A stretch of 63,224 bases of DNA, counting the filler, from Reticulomyxa filosa (taxonomy: Eukaryota; Protista; Foraminifera): assembly GCA_000512085.1 (NCBI GenBank). It is 14 parts of 14 records of this genome, joined end to end, with 100 filler letters (N's around TTAATTAATTAA, not from the genome) between each part and the next. Parts side by side here need not be neighbours in the genome. Positions count along the whole stretch, not along the records: positions 24,116 to 26,064 come from ASPP01020953.1; positions 26,165 to 44,149 come from ASPP01005226.1; 12 more parts are not named here. One strand, written 5' to 3'. Of this stretch, positions 26,064 through 40,755 are shown piece after piece. The stretch's first letter is position 1. Every line of letters begins with the position of its first letter. The notes beneath the pieces are model-generated. The model worked only from the letters and a program-made list of their open reading frames with translations. It had not been told where the DNA came from and searched no databases. The position numbers were made by a program, and so were the translations under genes.

Positions 26064-27055
26064 TNNNNNNNNNNNNNNNNNNNNNNNNNNNNNNNNNNNN
26101 NNNNNNNNTTAATTAATTAANNNNNNNNNNNNNNNNNNNNNNNNNNNNNNNNNNNNNNNNNNNNCTCTTCATATAGTGCCATTTAGGTGTGGCGGTTTTT
26201 TTTGCAATATACTGTAATCACAATCTCATTATTTGCATTATAATACGTATCAATTAGATCAACATCTAATGTCATTATAACGTGATAGTATAGTCATTGT
26301 CACATTTTTCATTAATTATTTCTTCAGAAATGAGTAGGATCAAAGGATATTTGTTGGAGATTATCGCAAATATTATCTTCAACATCACCACCCAAATCTA
26401 TCTTATTGATTGTATTTTTAAAAAGATAAGTTGATGTATGCTTACGTAGTAATTCACAGGCAATCTTTTTTTCCTGTTGTTTAGTTACTTACCTTCACAC
26501 TTAACAAGTTATTTTCATTTCGTTTATTTTTGTCTTTTTCAAATTGCCAAATGTTCAAACTATTCTCATTCTTTAGAACACAAATGAATTAAAGATTCAA
26601 AAATGTAAACAAAATATTAACAGTATGATTTTTGTTTGTGTGCTATTTATCAAATCAAGAAATTATCTTATTCAATCTTCACAAGTTTTTCAAAAATTTT
26701 TTTGTTAGTTAATAACAGTCCAACATAACAAATATTCTAATGATGTACTTTTTTGGTCATGCTGTAGTATGTGCATTTTGATTGTTGTCTGTTTTTGAAA
26801 TACTTTGTAGCATTTTTAGACTTATTTTTGAGAAAAAGTTTGCATATGCGTAAGTATTTTTTTTAATGGAATGAATAGGCTCTGAAAATAATTTCAGAAG
26901 ATTTTTTGTTATTAAAACGCCATGCTTTTACATTATTTTTCACAAAAGTGCTTTCAATGGTGGGTATTGTATTGCAAACGACTACTCATTTCTCAGTTCG
27001 TAAATTTGTTAATATTTGGGATGAAAGGAACGAGCCCAAAAAGTATTAAGTAAAG

Positions 27056-30000
27056 CTATGACACAAGACAAACTCCTATTTGTATTAAAGATAACAACAA
27101 AATAAGAATAAAACCAAAACTCCAGTTCCATTGCTTTTGTCTTCGATCCGAATCTTTGGCAAATTCAGCACCACATATCCAAAGTTTTTTGTCATTCCCC
27201 CATATCATAACTTCATGCATGTCATCTTCACCATTGATCTTTTCGTTAAAAGCCCAAAACTCTACGTTAACGCCTTCATCTACACAAAGTGATGTATGTC
27301 CTTTTGTTCGAATGCTGTTCAAAACTGAAAAAGTGAAATTGTCATCAAACCTGAAACACAATAAATTCTTTTGACATTTGTGAGCAAAGGTGGTTTTTTG
27401 TCAAATGCAATCCAATGAAATGGTTGCCAATGTCCAGTGTTGGATTCTTTGTTGATATGAGAGAAGCCAAATTCTAGACATGGGTGATGCATTTGCACAA
27501 AAGAGCTCTGTTTGTCACTGTGGCTTACATGCAAATAGACATTTGGAACTAAATCGGAGCGAATGCGTGTGTAAAAAGAGTCTTTTTGACTCCAATTGTC
27601 TGGTATTTGTTCTTTATAAATGTGGTAGATAAGACCGGGAATAAGCCTATTTTACAAAGACACTATCATTTCATTCTGCGTTGCACTGGGATAATTTAAA
27701 AAAAAAAGACAAGGTTTGTATATACCATAGTCGATCTTGTTTATTTGCAAGCACAATGATTTCATCGATAAAGTCCTCTGTCGGCTTTGAAAATCCCCAA
27801 AACTCAGTGTTGCATATATTCAATGACTTGAGGTCGTCACTTCGTCCGAAAATGGGTTTTTCATTTTTGGCAAACGCCACAAAGTGAAAAGGATAACACA
27901 GCGGATCATTTGTGGGACCATTGGAAAAGCCACTCTTAACAAAGGGTCGATCGATTTGAAGAAACGACTCTTTCTTTGTTGCGTTTTGAGTGACAAAAAA
28001 GTATGTATTGGGAATCAACCAATGAGTGACTTTTGTCCAAAATGTCTCTCGAATCCGAAACCCCCAAAAATTGGATGTGTCAGATCTCATGAAAAATAGC
28101 CCATTTTGTCCCTTGATCGTAAATCGCGCAGGCAAAACAAGAGGAGGCTCCCTTTATCAAAAGTTCAAAAAAAAAAAAAAATCAAAAATGTGCAATTTTC
28201 ATATGCAAGTCTCGAAGATGGACAAATAATGTAGACCTAACATAATAATGATTTCTTCCGTGACGCCGAATTCGGGATAAGGTTTATTGAATGCGTGAAA
28301 AGTAATTCCACTACATTCCTCGCTCAATACGATTTTCTTTAATTCGAATTCCTTGGTATTCGGCTCCACTGCAAAGGCGACAAACTGAAAATTAAACCAA
28401 TGTTTGTTACCTCCATCTGCGGGCTCGTCTCGATAACCGAACTTGTTCATTGGGGCATCTTTGTTTATAAATGATCGCCATTGCCTCTGCGTCACATAAT
28501 AGTTATGGGAATTACATAACGCTTTCCCACAGGACAAGGACGACGACGTAGCAGTATCTTGCTTTCGTTCGTTGGCCGACTCGCATTGTCCTTCCTTTTG
28601 AATAGTAGCGAGTCGGGCTTTCAACAGTCGTTTGAATTTGATTTGATGTGGCTCTTTGGGAATCAATCCTTTCAATATATCTGCGTAATGTTCATCCTCC
28701 TCGACAAACACATCCCAGTCATTAACGTCTGTCCATTGCTCTGTTGGATTGATACAACAGTGCGATCATAAATAACAGATTGTGTGTTATGTCATCCAAT
28801 AGTCAAAAAAGAACAAAGAACAGAGTTTATTGAGGACATGCCTCTTTCAAAATTTGGAATGTATTCATTCAATTCCCATTTTGTCAGGAGTTGTTTAAAC
28901 ACGGCTTGATCCAATCCTTCGGTGGTCGTGGTCTGGCCATTGCCTTCTTTTTCGTCATTGTTGTTGTCATCGGGGTTGCTGTCGTCACACATTTTGATAT
29001 CGCCAATCTTTGGTCGCACGTACGTTTGCGCGTATACGTAGGCGAGATTCTCTCCTGACTCTCTGTCCTCAAACAAACTCGCACGTGCACAAAAGTCATC
29101 CCATAGCTGTCTTCGAGAATAGAACACAGCATGTTGCAATTCAATTTCGCAAATAATTTTTGTGTCGGGCAGATAACAGTTGAGAATCATTTTTCTGTAA
29201 CCAAAGGGCACCGTTTTGAGCTCGAACTCGTCGCTTGCACACAAAATGCCTCCTTGTACATTGTTTGTGTCACACAACACAACAGATAACAGACAAGCAC
29301 GGCACAGATAATACATACATTCCATACCAATGTTGAATTGCTTGTCGTTCGTTAGTTGTTCAATGACGCCAAAGGCCTTGTACAGGTCGACAAAATTGTC
29401 AAATACAAAACAAGATCTTACAATATCTGTCATCTGTTTGTAATCGCCGTGGTAAATATAAAACGCTTCATAAAATGCTCTTTCAATATGTTTTGGTGAT
29501 ACTTGATAGTCAATGACATGTATCCCTTCTTTTTTGCATGCTTTGGCCACCGCGTCTGCGAACGCCTTGAACGGAGTGAAGTTCATGCTGATGATAAACA
29601 TCAAGTCACGGAATCTTGAAATCTATAGTCTCCATCCCCCATTCTTATTTGCATCTTCTTTTTTTTTTTATAAGATCAAAAACAATAGCACGTATACATA
29701 TATAAGTTTGAGATACGTAACATCAGATGTCGGCTTTGGGCTCACGTTTTCATATTGGGAAATACCCTTGGCATATTCGCGTCTTGCCTCTTCTTGGTCG
29801 CCTTTGATGGGCTCATAATGGTGGTCAAACAGGTTCTGCATTAACACAATCTTCTCCAAAAATGTTGACAGCTCGTTGATGTTGTTCAAGATTGACAATG
29901 CCAAGTTTCTTTCTTTTGTTATCACCACTTCTTTCACTTTACTCAAATGGGTTGTGTCTTGCTCTTTAACAATAACATCTATTTCAACCGTGGTACAACA

Positions 30001-30162
30001 AAAACTTTCACTTCTGCTTACACATAAATTATAAATATTCATCACATTAAACTTACCAACCCACTTGTCGTCTTCTTTTAGCCGAGACAACCTGTTCTCG
30101 AGTGTCTGAATCAATTTTATGACGCTTAATCCCTTTATATTATTTTCTGAAGTTTGAGCCAT
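27056..30162 (-). CDS. Multidomain protein: RelA/SpoT-like nucleotidyltransferase domain (divergent) + SAM-like domain + three repeats of an unknown domain
   Basis: PKHIERAF..YHGDYKQMTDIVRSCFVF..FGYRKMILN..ICEIELQH. SAM-like LLTKWELNEYIPNFE..WTDVNDWD..HQIKFKRLL. Three homologous C-terminal units. Confidence 0.65.
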
Positions 30163-31127
30163 TGAATTGTTCGTTATTCGTTGATGATTCTCAAAAAAAA
30201 ATGATATTCAGAAAAAATCATTGACGCAAAGTCCTTCCTGAAGTTTTCTTGCTGTCACCAGGCTCCGATATTTTGGGTGTAGATCAAGGTACTACCTGTA
30301 GAAGCAGATTCTGAAGAATTAAAAAATAAACAAATGTGTGCTTTTATGGATTTTTTTAAAAAAAAATTTTAAAATTTCTTTGTGTAATAAAAATTATAAT
30401 GTAAATGCAAAATCCTTAGATCAAAATCAAAAATTTTCAATGAAGCCTAAAAATGAAGAAAATGTCGTTGAAGCACTAGATATTGCAAAAAATTTATGAT
30501 GCCTTATTATTTAAATAATAATGAGAAATTGTTGTTAAAAAGAATGGAAAGCTGTTTGATGAATTTTAGAGTTGTCATACTATGTAATTTACACTACGCC
30601 TTAAATTAAATTGCAAAAAAATCAAGTAAATATACAATTGTTGAAAGATAATCAATTTTCATTGTTCTGTTTATTTAAAAGAGCAAATGAAATGTTTATT
30701 TGCTAACATATATATGGAAGTGTGAACTTTTTCATTCATTGCTAAAAATTTTTAGCAATGAATGAAAGATGTAATAGAAAAAGTTTAATGCATGTAAAAA
30801 ATAGCATAAATACAATATCAAAACAAAAACATGTTTAAAATTACATCATACATAGCCTTTGAATTATGTGTGGATTTTGAAGTTCTTAGTAATCGTATTT
30901 TCCATTATGTATGTAATCTTTTCTAGATTTGGACAATCACATTCTTTATTGTACAATTTCATAATTATAATATCTTGTGGAAATTATTTAAAATTATTTA
31001 GTTTAAAACTATGCAAATACATATATTTTAAAAAATTTTGAATCAAGTGTTAGTTTTTCATTGCGAAAACTGGTTGTTACAAGACCAACAACTTAAGAAG
31101 GGTCTTTTAGCGTTTTTTTAGGAATAG

Positions 31128-32701
<1,574 letters not shown>

Positions 32702-33253
32702 CCAATCAACTCTTTTTTTTTCTTCCACAAAAAATCGCTCTCTGTAGTGGAATGTACTCTCCAATGGCCAAAATTAGTGCTGTGCACTTTGGACATATTA
32801 GACTGTTTCAATCATTTTTGCAATTCAGGTTGCTTTTTTCGGGTCTAATTTGTAGGTAATCCTTTTTTTTAATTGTTGTTATTTCAGGTGCAATTGTTTT
32901 TGATACGATCAACCTTGATTTAGTTATGAACATCAATTAGCTTTCCTTCATTCGTGAACTTTTTGCAGCGTTTGTGTGTTTTTCATGTCGGAATTTGTTG
33001 TATTTTCATTAAATTGTAAATCCTTTGGCGGCATTTGAGGCAAGGAATATACAAAAAAACTGGATGGCATTACGAAGTACCATTCACCGTATGATCTATT
33101 TTAATTGTTTACTCCGTTATTGCACGTTTTGTAGTGGCGCAAAGAGCGAGTAGTTTTTAACAACAAAAAAATTCTTTTTCATTGGGGGAACCTATCACGG
33201 TTTGCGACGTCGAAAACTAAAAGAGAGTGGTTACTATTGCGATTGCTTTTGTA

Positions 33254-34370
33254 ATGGGAAGAACATGGTTTCAGCTATCATATGAAATATTGTCATGGAT
33301 TGGTGCAACTCTAATGCTCGTCTACGTGGGGCTGTACTTGTGGACACTGCGAAACAAGACGTCCGAATGGAAAGAAGTAACAAAAATAAAAATGAAAATA
33401 ATGGCAATTTGTACCAGTTTTTCATTTTTGTCCTACGGGGCATTGAATGTACTAGCAGCAGTCGAAATAATTCTTGAACGACAACATTGTACAACCCGAA
33501 CCGCGCTGGTTTCATTTACTTGGTTCTTTGGTCGATATTTATTGTACAATGTATTTCTGCTCCGTCTTGAAATTGTCTATTTCGGTTCTGTCTTTGGTTA
33601 TAGTGCCAAGTTTTTAAATTTCTATCGCCTATTTCTCTTTTTAGTGATGTTTATGGGATATATATTGACACTTATGTATTCATGGGGAAAGCGGACCAAT
33701 TTGAGTCAATGCACTTATCGCACGAATGTATACACTATTTCAACTGTCGTCATTTTTGACTTTACCGTCAGTATTTCTTGTTTGATCTTATTTTTGAGGT
33801 TTGTTTGTCATTTTTGTTTGCTTGGTACTTGTTTACTACGTACAAATACCACGCACAAAAAACAGACCTTTGCTGAAGTTATTGTCTAATGAGTGCAATC
33901 AATCTTTCCGTAGCTTGGCCATTAAATCCACGGTTCTCACCGGCATTGCCGTTACCTCAACTTTTATCACTTTTGGAATGATGGGGACGGGTTGGAATAT
34001 TTACCACGTTAATCGGATTGATGATGTTTCGTTCTTTTTTGTTTTTCTCCTTTACTTTATTTGTAATGGTATCCACATAGTGCTCGAAGGAGAGAAAAAA
34101 ACTTCGAGGGGTGTGGTGTCACATTTTAGGAGAACTAATGGACAACAACAAAACACATTTTCTTTCGTGGATAAAACATAGGTGGTAGAGTGTACGTGTT
34201 TGCTATTGATGGGCAGTTCATTCAATAGACAATATGATCTATTGTGTGGATGCTGGTCATATTGTTTCTCAGAGCAAGGCAAGCTTGTTAATTATATTGC
34301 CTCCAATGACACCACTCGAGTGACAAAAACAAAAAAGATTTTCATAACTCACCGGAACCTGTCGATGTAA
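33254..34370 (+). CDS. Seven-transmembrane (GPCR-like) membrane protein
   Basis: About seven hydrophobic segments across three exons, Cys before TM3 (QHCTT) and in the ECL2-like loop (SQCTY), basic loop before TM6 (RSLAIKST), C-terminal YDLLCGC. Introns near 33799-33865 and 34026-34181. Confidence 0.65.
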
Positions 34371-34723
34371 CGACAGAATGATCCATCTTTGTTGTCGCTA
34401 TTTGTGAGCGTCTCACTCTTTGTTTTCGAGTAAAATCACCCCTTTTCTGTTTTTTTTATGTATATTTTGCAGTTAGAGCAGTTTTACCGTCTTGTGCGGC
34501 TCGCTGCATTTTTTTTCCACAATTTGTTCAGAAAAAATTAGCTTTTCACAAATCTTTACTTTGTTATAACCACGGCATTTCTTTTGTATATATTTGTGAA
34601 CGTGATTACTTTTACTTTCGCATTTAATATATTAAACAAACACAGTGAAAAATGTTTCTGGACAAAATGTCGTCTAAGTACAAACAGGTTGTCAAAGTCT
34701 AACAAAAAAAGGGCAATCTATTA

Positions 34724-35086
34724 ATGTTTTTTATTTATTTCCCAATAGTACTGAACATCATTGCTTTTGTTGCTTTCGCAGCAGATAAAGTATTTGCGAA
34801 ATGCAAAAAGAGAAGAATTCCAGAAAAAACGTTGTTTAAATGGATATTTGTCGCGCCGTTTGGGTCTTTTTTGGGAATGATACTGTGTTGTCACAAGACA
34901 AAAAAATGTTCGTTTTGGGGTCGGATAATTGCAGCGCTGTTGATCCACTTGTATTTCTTTGAAGTATATGTAGTTCAAGTATATCACTTTGTTATTGATC
35001 CCTCTGGGACTCTATTTAATCGTGATAGCTTTAAAGACGTCACCGAAAAATTGGGCTCAGCTACAAAGGAACGGTATGAGCTATAA
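34724..35086 (+). CDS. DUF1294 (YsdA-like) small membrane protein
   Basis: NIIAFVAFAADK..AK...RRIPEKTL...G...GM....HKTKK.SF is the DUF1294 signature. Confidence 0.85.
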   Translation: MFFIYFPIVLNIIAFVAFAADKVFAKCKKRRIPEKTLFKWIFVAPFGSFLGMILCCHKTKKCSFWGRIIAALLIHLYFFEVYVVQVYHFVIDPSGTLFNRDSFKDVTEKLGSATKERYEL

Positions 35087-38000
35087 TTTAATTCTTTGAT
35101 GACAAATATGAAATATTTTGAAATTCTACTTGTAACCATAAACCAAAGGAGGTGAAGATAAGACAAAAATTTGAGATACATGTTATTTTATCTAAACAAA
35201 AAGTCATTTTGGCAAACAAAAAAAGTATATAATATAAGAAACAAATTTGAACTACTTACATTATTGTCTGCTAGCATAAGTGCATAACAATTGGCACAAT
35301 GTTATTGGATGAACTTGAGTAACAGCTTCTTCTAAACCAAAACACTATTTCACCACAATTAATACAAAAATAAAGATCTGCCTGATATCTAAAAAAACGT
35401 GATTTTTTGATTGTAAAGCTGACAAAAAATAATCTTGTTTTTACTACCCTGCGCACACTGAGAATAATTTGATTTCAATAATTATAATGAATAATAAACA
35501 CAAAAGCTTGTGTTATTAATACAAAGCAGGAAACAGTGTAAAATGTTGAAAATTTGTTGGAGTAAAGTTCATTTTGTCCCCTTTTTTTACATGAAGCAGT
35601 ATTAAAAAAAAAATGTTCTTTCATTTAACATAAGCTATTGACCAAGATATCAAATAGGACTCCTCTACTGTTCAAAATTAAAAGTTTTATTGAAGAACAG
35701 GAAAAACTTAAACTATAAGACGAAAAACTAGAAAAGAACAAAAAAAGGGACCAAGTAAATCATTGAATGAACATTTCAAGTAGTTGTTACAACAAAAGTA
35801 TATTGCGTATACCATTAGAATAGATCAACTATCTAGTTGGTTAATTTCAACTCTTTTATTAATCATTTACATCAGATGAAAAAGAAAAACGAACGTACAC
35901 GATATCAATTACAAATTGATTTTAAGTATTAATAAATCAAAAATGCAGTATTGTAAAAACAAATTTCAATTCAAAATGAAATGATGAAGTGATTTAGAAA
36001 AAAAAGAATATGTGTGACAATAAGTCACAAGCTAGGAGTGAAGTTTTGTGCTTTGTCTTTTGAATAAAGTAAAATAATAAATGCTGAATCTAAACCAAGT
36101 ATTACGCAAAGTTTAAGCTGATATCTTTTTTTTGTTTGAAACACAAGTCTTTTTTTTCTAAATATGCAAACGAATGAGTGAAAGAAATATAAAGAAAAAA
36201 CTCAAATAGATTATGACGTGTGTATATATGTGTAACTTGTTGAAATATGTGTATTGAACGATGCATATATATTAATATTGAAATACATAATAAAAGAAAG
36301 TAGGGCCATTATAACATCATATATCATTATATATGACAATATTAACAAATTCAGTACTAAAACATATACTATAATACATTAAAGTGGAAAGTTATACTAA
36401 ATTTTAATGACCAGTAGTGGAATGATAAAGTACTTTTTCAAATGAAGAAAAAAACTTGGTAATTTGCTTGATAGTATATGTGTGATCTCTTGTCATTGAA
36501 CTGAAATAACAGAAATATTCGAGAAAGTATGTCCAGCTGAAAAAAAAAAAATTAGTGAAGTAGCAATTTGATTAAAATGGAAATGACAAAAAACTTATTA
36601 ATAAACGCAAATGGCATCATTTAACTTTGCAACTGCGCAACTATTGATCGCACGAAGTAGCGAGTTGGTGAATTGTTCGATTAATTGACACAAAGATAAT
36701 AATCGTTTCAATTATTACACAAACCATGGCGAAATTAAAAGCGTATGACATGACAAAAATGATAAAAAAGATATTGAATAAGAAGATAACTTTGGGTTAT
36801 TAGTTTAAACGTGGCCACAGCCGACGTGTAGACTCGAAACAAGACTGGACGATAAGCATATATTCGTGCTAGCACATGATTGTGTCCAAATGAAGGAATA
36901 ATTGTATAATATAAACAAAATATCATCACAAAGTATGTCATGTATTAATTTTTTTTAAAGTTAATGACAAAATTTTTTTTAGTGTAGACTGTGGTAGTCA
37001 AAACAAAATATACGCTACATTGTAGGTAGATGTCTCATTGAAAACACATTGATGACATTTCTACTAGTAATATAGATGACATTGTGCCAGTGTGTATGCA
37101 AAAATGCAATAACAATGCGCTTAGTACTTAGATACACAAGACTAAATTCAACACATTGACCAACTAAACAACAAATTTTTTTGTGTATGTCTTTTTTACA
37201 TAATCTACAGCAGAATGCAAAAGAAAGTTAACACATAAAACGGTACCTATAAAGATGATTGATTTTCTTCATGAAAAGACAACATCCAGACCTAATTTTT
37301 TTTAAATATATACGAATATTGTAGTTTTTAAATTTGATTTTGATTTTTTATTAAGTCTTTACTAATTGTTTGAAAAATTTGAATCGAGTTAAAAAAACAA
37401 AAATAAGTGACAGTAAAGCAATTTATATGTTAATATTATAGTTTAAATGAAAAATTTTCAATTTTTTTTTTTTGTTGACTTTTTATGTTTTTTTACCATG
37501 CGTGTCAATTTTTTGGATTGTAATTTAAAGATACTGCAAATGCTAAAAGAACAACAATAATCAAAAATAAACACATAAAAACAGCCAAAAAACAAAAAAA
37601 CCGAAAAATTTTCAAAATAGCTTAAAATTTAAGCAATTCTTTCCTTTTACAATTTGAAAAATTTTTTTAAAATATTTTTTTATCACTTTATTGACTTAAT
37701 CATGTTCATTCTGTTTTGTTTAATCTACTTATTTGCCTCTTTGTATTTGTGCCATTTTGCGTTGTCTTGAAAAAAAGAATCAGTTTTTATTATTGTATAG
37801 CAATATTCATTGCCTTTTAGCATTTCATCACAATATTTCTTTATAAAATTGTACAACTAAATCATCATTTAATTTACAAGAAAGCCAACGCCTTTAGCAC
37901 TAAGACACGTACATACTATGATGACGTACCGCTAAACATTGACATTTATAAACATATACATCAATAATATTATGTCGTCCTTTTTTCCGCATATAGTAAA

Positions 38001-40755
38001 TTATATCACTTACATATAAGTTAACTTTTATTTCTTCCAAAAATATTAATTATATACAATCTAATTTTGTGTTCATTAATAAAATTAAGTGCTTTGCTAT
38101 GCCCTTTAGTTAGTTTTTGCTTTATCTTTTTTGCAATAGTATATAATCTATTCAACTTCAAGTCAAATAAAAAACTATTTCACTTTCGATACTTAATAGT
38201 CTTTTTAAATCTTTCAATGTATTAACAATGTAATGTTAAATCACAAAGTTCAAATATAAAAAAAAGGATCTTAATAAAGTAGCATTTTATGTTTACTGCT
38301 TTTTTTTTCAAAATACTGTATTAAAAAACCAAAATCATATTTAAAAACTACAATATTTGTATATATTTTTTAAAAGAATTATACCTAGATGTTGTCTTTT
38401 CATGAGGCAAATCAATTATATCTGTAATGTGATTTTTTTATGTTTCAACTTTATTTTGCATTCTGCTGAATATATCCAATATCACAAGATAATATACCAG
38501 AATAATAAGCATAAAGATATTTTCGATATTTCAACAATAGTAATATGTTTAGTTTAATTTCCTTTGCCTCCAACAAATATATAATATTCAGATTATTTGT
38601 AATCTTTCTATGTATTTCAGCGTTCAATTTTTCTTGTGTTTGCTAAATTTGAGGAGATTGCAATGTTCTTTTTTTTTCTTACTGTAAATGAATATACACA
38701 CTACAAACGTAAAACAAAAAACAACAATAATGGGCAATATTACCTTTTGATCTTTAATAGATTTTGATAATTATCGTTGTTGAACCATCTGACTTTGATG
38801 TAAAACACAGTTTCATCTAAATTTCGTCAAAATATCAAAATTTGAATTATAACGTCGAAATTGATAAATTCCATTGTCAATAATACAAAATCTATAAAAT
38901 TTGAGCTAAAATGTGCAAATCCAGTGAATTTGTAACAAAAATTTTTTGTTTCTTAGCCATTGAAGTACCATTTATTGGAATTAATTTGTCAATTTAGATT
39001 TAATATTGTTTGATATTACTTGCCAACACTCAGAATGACTCATATCGAATATCAATTAATCCTACGTAAATCTTCATTGTCATTTTAATTAACAGAACAA
39101 TATAATAATATTGGAACAATTCTAAATGTCTGGTTATATTTACGATAATCTTTGTCGAAAATGGTGAAGCTATGTTCATACAAACTTTTCCAATACGTTT
39201 ATTCTATTTTTTAATTACTTATAATTATTTGCGATTGCAAATAATAATGAGCAATTACGATATTCTATATGTCTCATATAACTAAAGATTAATCTCAAAA
39301 TCCATATAACGCAATAGACATATTCCAACTATCTGCAAAATAGTTCAATGCTTCGTTATAGTTGTTTTGGTTTAATAAAGCTTTAAAAGATAGTTTATAC
39401 AACAATGAAAACAATACGTGATAAACCCTGTTTTTTAAATAAAGTTTTTTCTAACGAATAGTTTTTTTAACAAAAATTTTTTAATAAAAAATAACATTCT
39501 ATGTCAATGACACATCAGCATTAAACAAGTAAATACTTGATTATTATTAAATTAAGTGCTAAATAATACTTTATATACTAAATTTAAATATAAACTGCGA
39601 AAACGCATCTTCAATTCTTATACATAGTCAATATTTTTTTTGTTTGCTTATATAATTTTTTTCTTAATATTTAATTTATTTGCAAAATATTCAAATGAAA
39701 TTCAGATTAATACTTCTTCATCAAATTTATGCATTTGATTAATAGTGTTTTCATTGAATGATATAATCATACAATAAATATTTTACTTGTTACAATAATT
39801 ATTTCAATAATAATATACTAAATGTGATTTTTATTAGTATGATCTACAAAATATTGGCATTACGATGTTTTGTCTTATATTCAAATTCACAAACTTATCT
39901 ATTTCTTTCAAATCTTCAATTCTTGCTTTTTCATTGAACTATTGCATTGCTAACATCGAGTCATATGAATATGTATTTATTATGTTATTGATTAGTTATT
40001 CTTTTTCTCGTAATATAATACTTACATGGCTTAAACTGTTTGTAATTCATTATTTAAAGCTTCATTTATTTTTTTAAATGCTTTTTCAAATTTTCATAAG
40101 CATGTCAAAACTTATATGTATTTATCATTTTTGCTTATTTAAAAATAGTAAAAATAAAAACTTTTGGTTTTTCATAAGTTGAATTATTGTTTCGTTTTCT
40201 ATTCAAACATAAATCAATTTTTTTAATTATACGTATGTTCGAAAAAAAGTTTTTCCTTTTAAAAATTTTTTTGGTGAATTTCATTGAAAGTTACCAATAA
40301 TAATTGATACAATCATACACTTGCACATCAGTCTCTTTCCGAATTTAATATATCAATATACATTATATCTTTTGGAATAACAGTAAATGTATTATTTCCA
40401 TTTCACACAATGAGCTTTTCAATTATTTTGTCTTATTGTACGTTCGTTCGGTTGTTGGTCTTTTTGTGTAAAAAATAAATATAACTTCGGTACAAACTAG
40501 ACATCACAAAATGAACACAGTTTACCTCAATTTCTGGACGAACTGACGGAATTTTTTTTGCTTCAATCATTTTAGATTGAACTTGTTTGAAAGAGTAGTT
40601 TTTTTTTCCTTTTTTTGAAGTTTGAAAAAAACTTAAATTCTGTAAAATATTGTTGGTTAAAAAATTTTAAATATGTACAAGAGAAATTAAATATTACAAT
40701 TTTTGTAAAAAAAAAAAGTTTTGGCAAGTGGAAAAAACACTACCCGACTAAAAAA

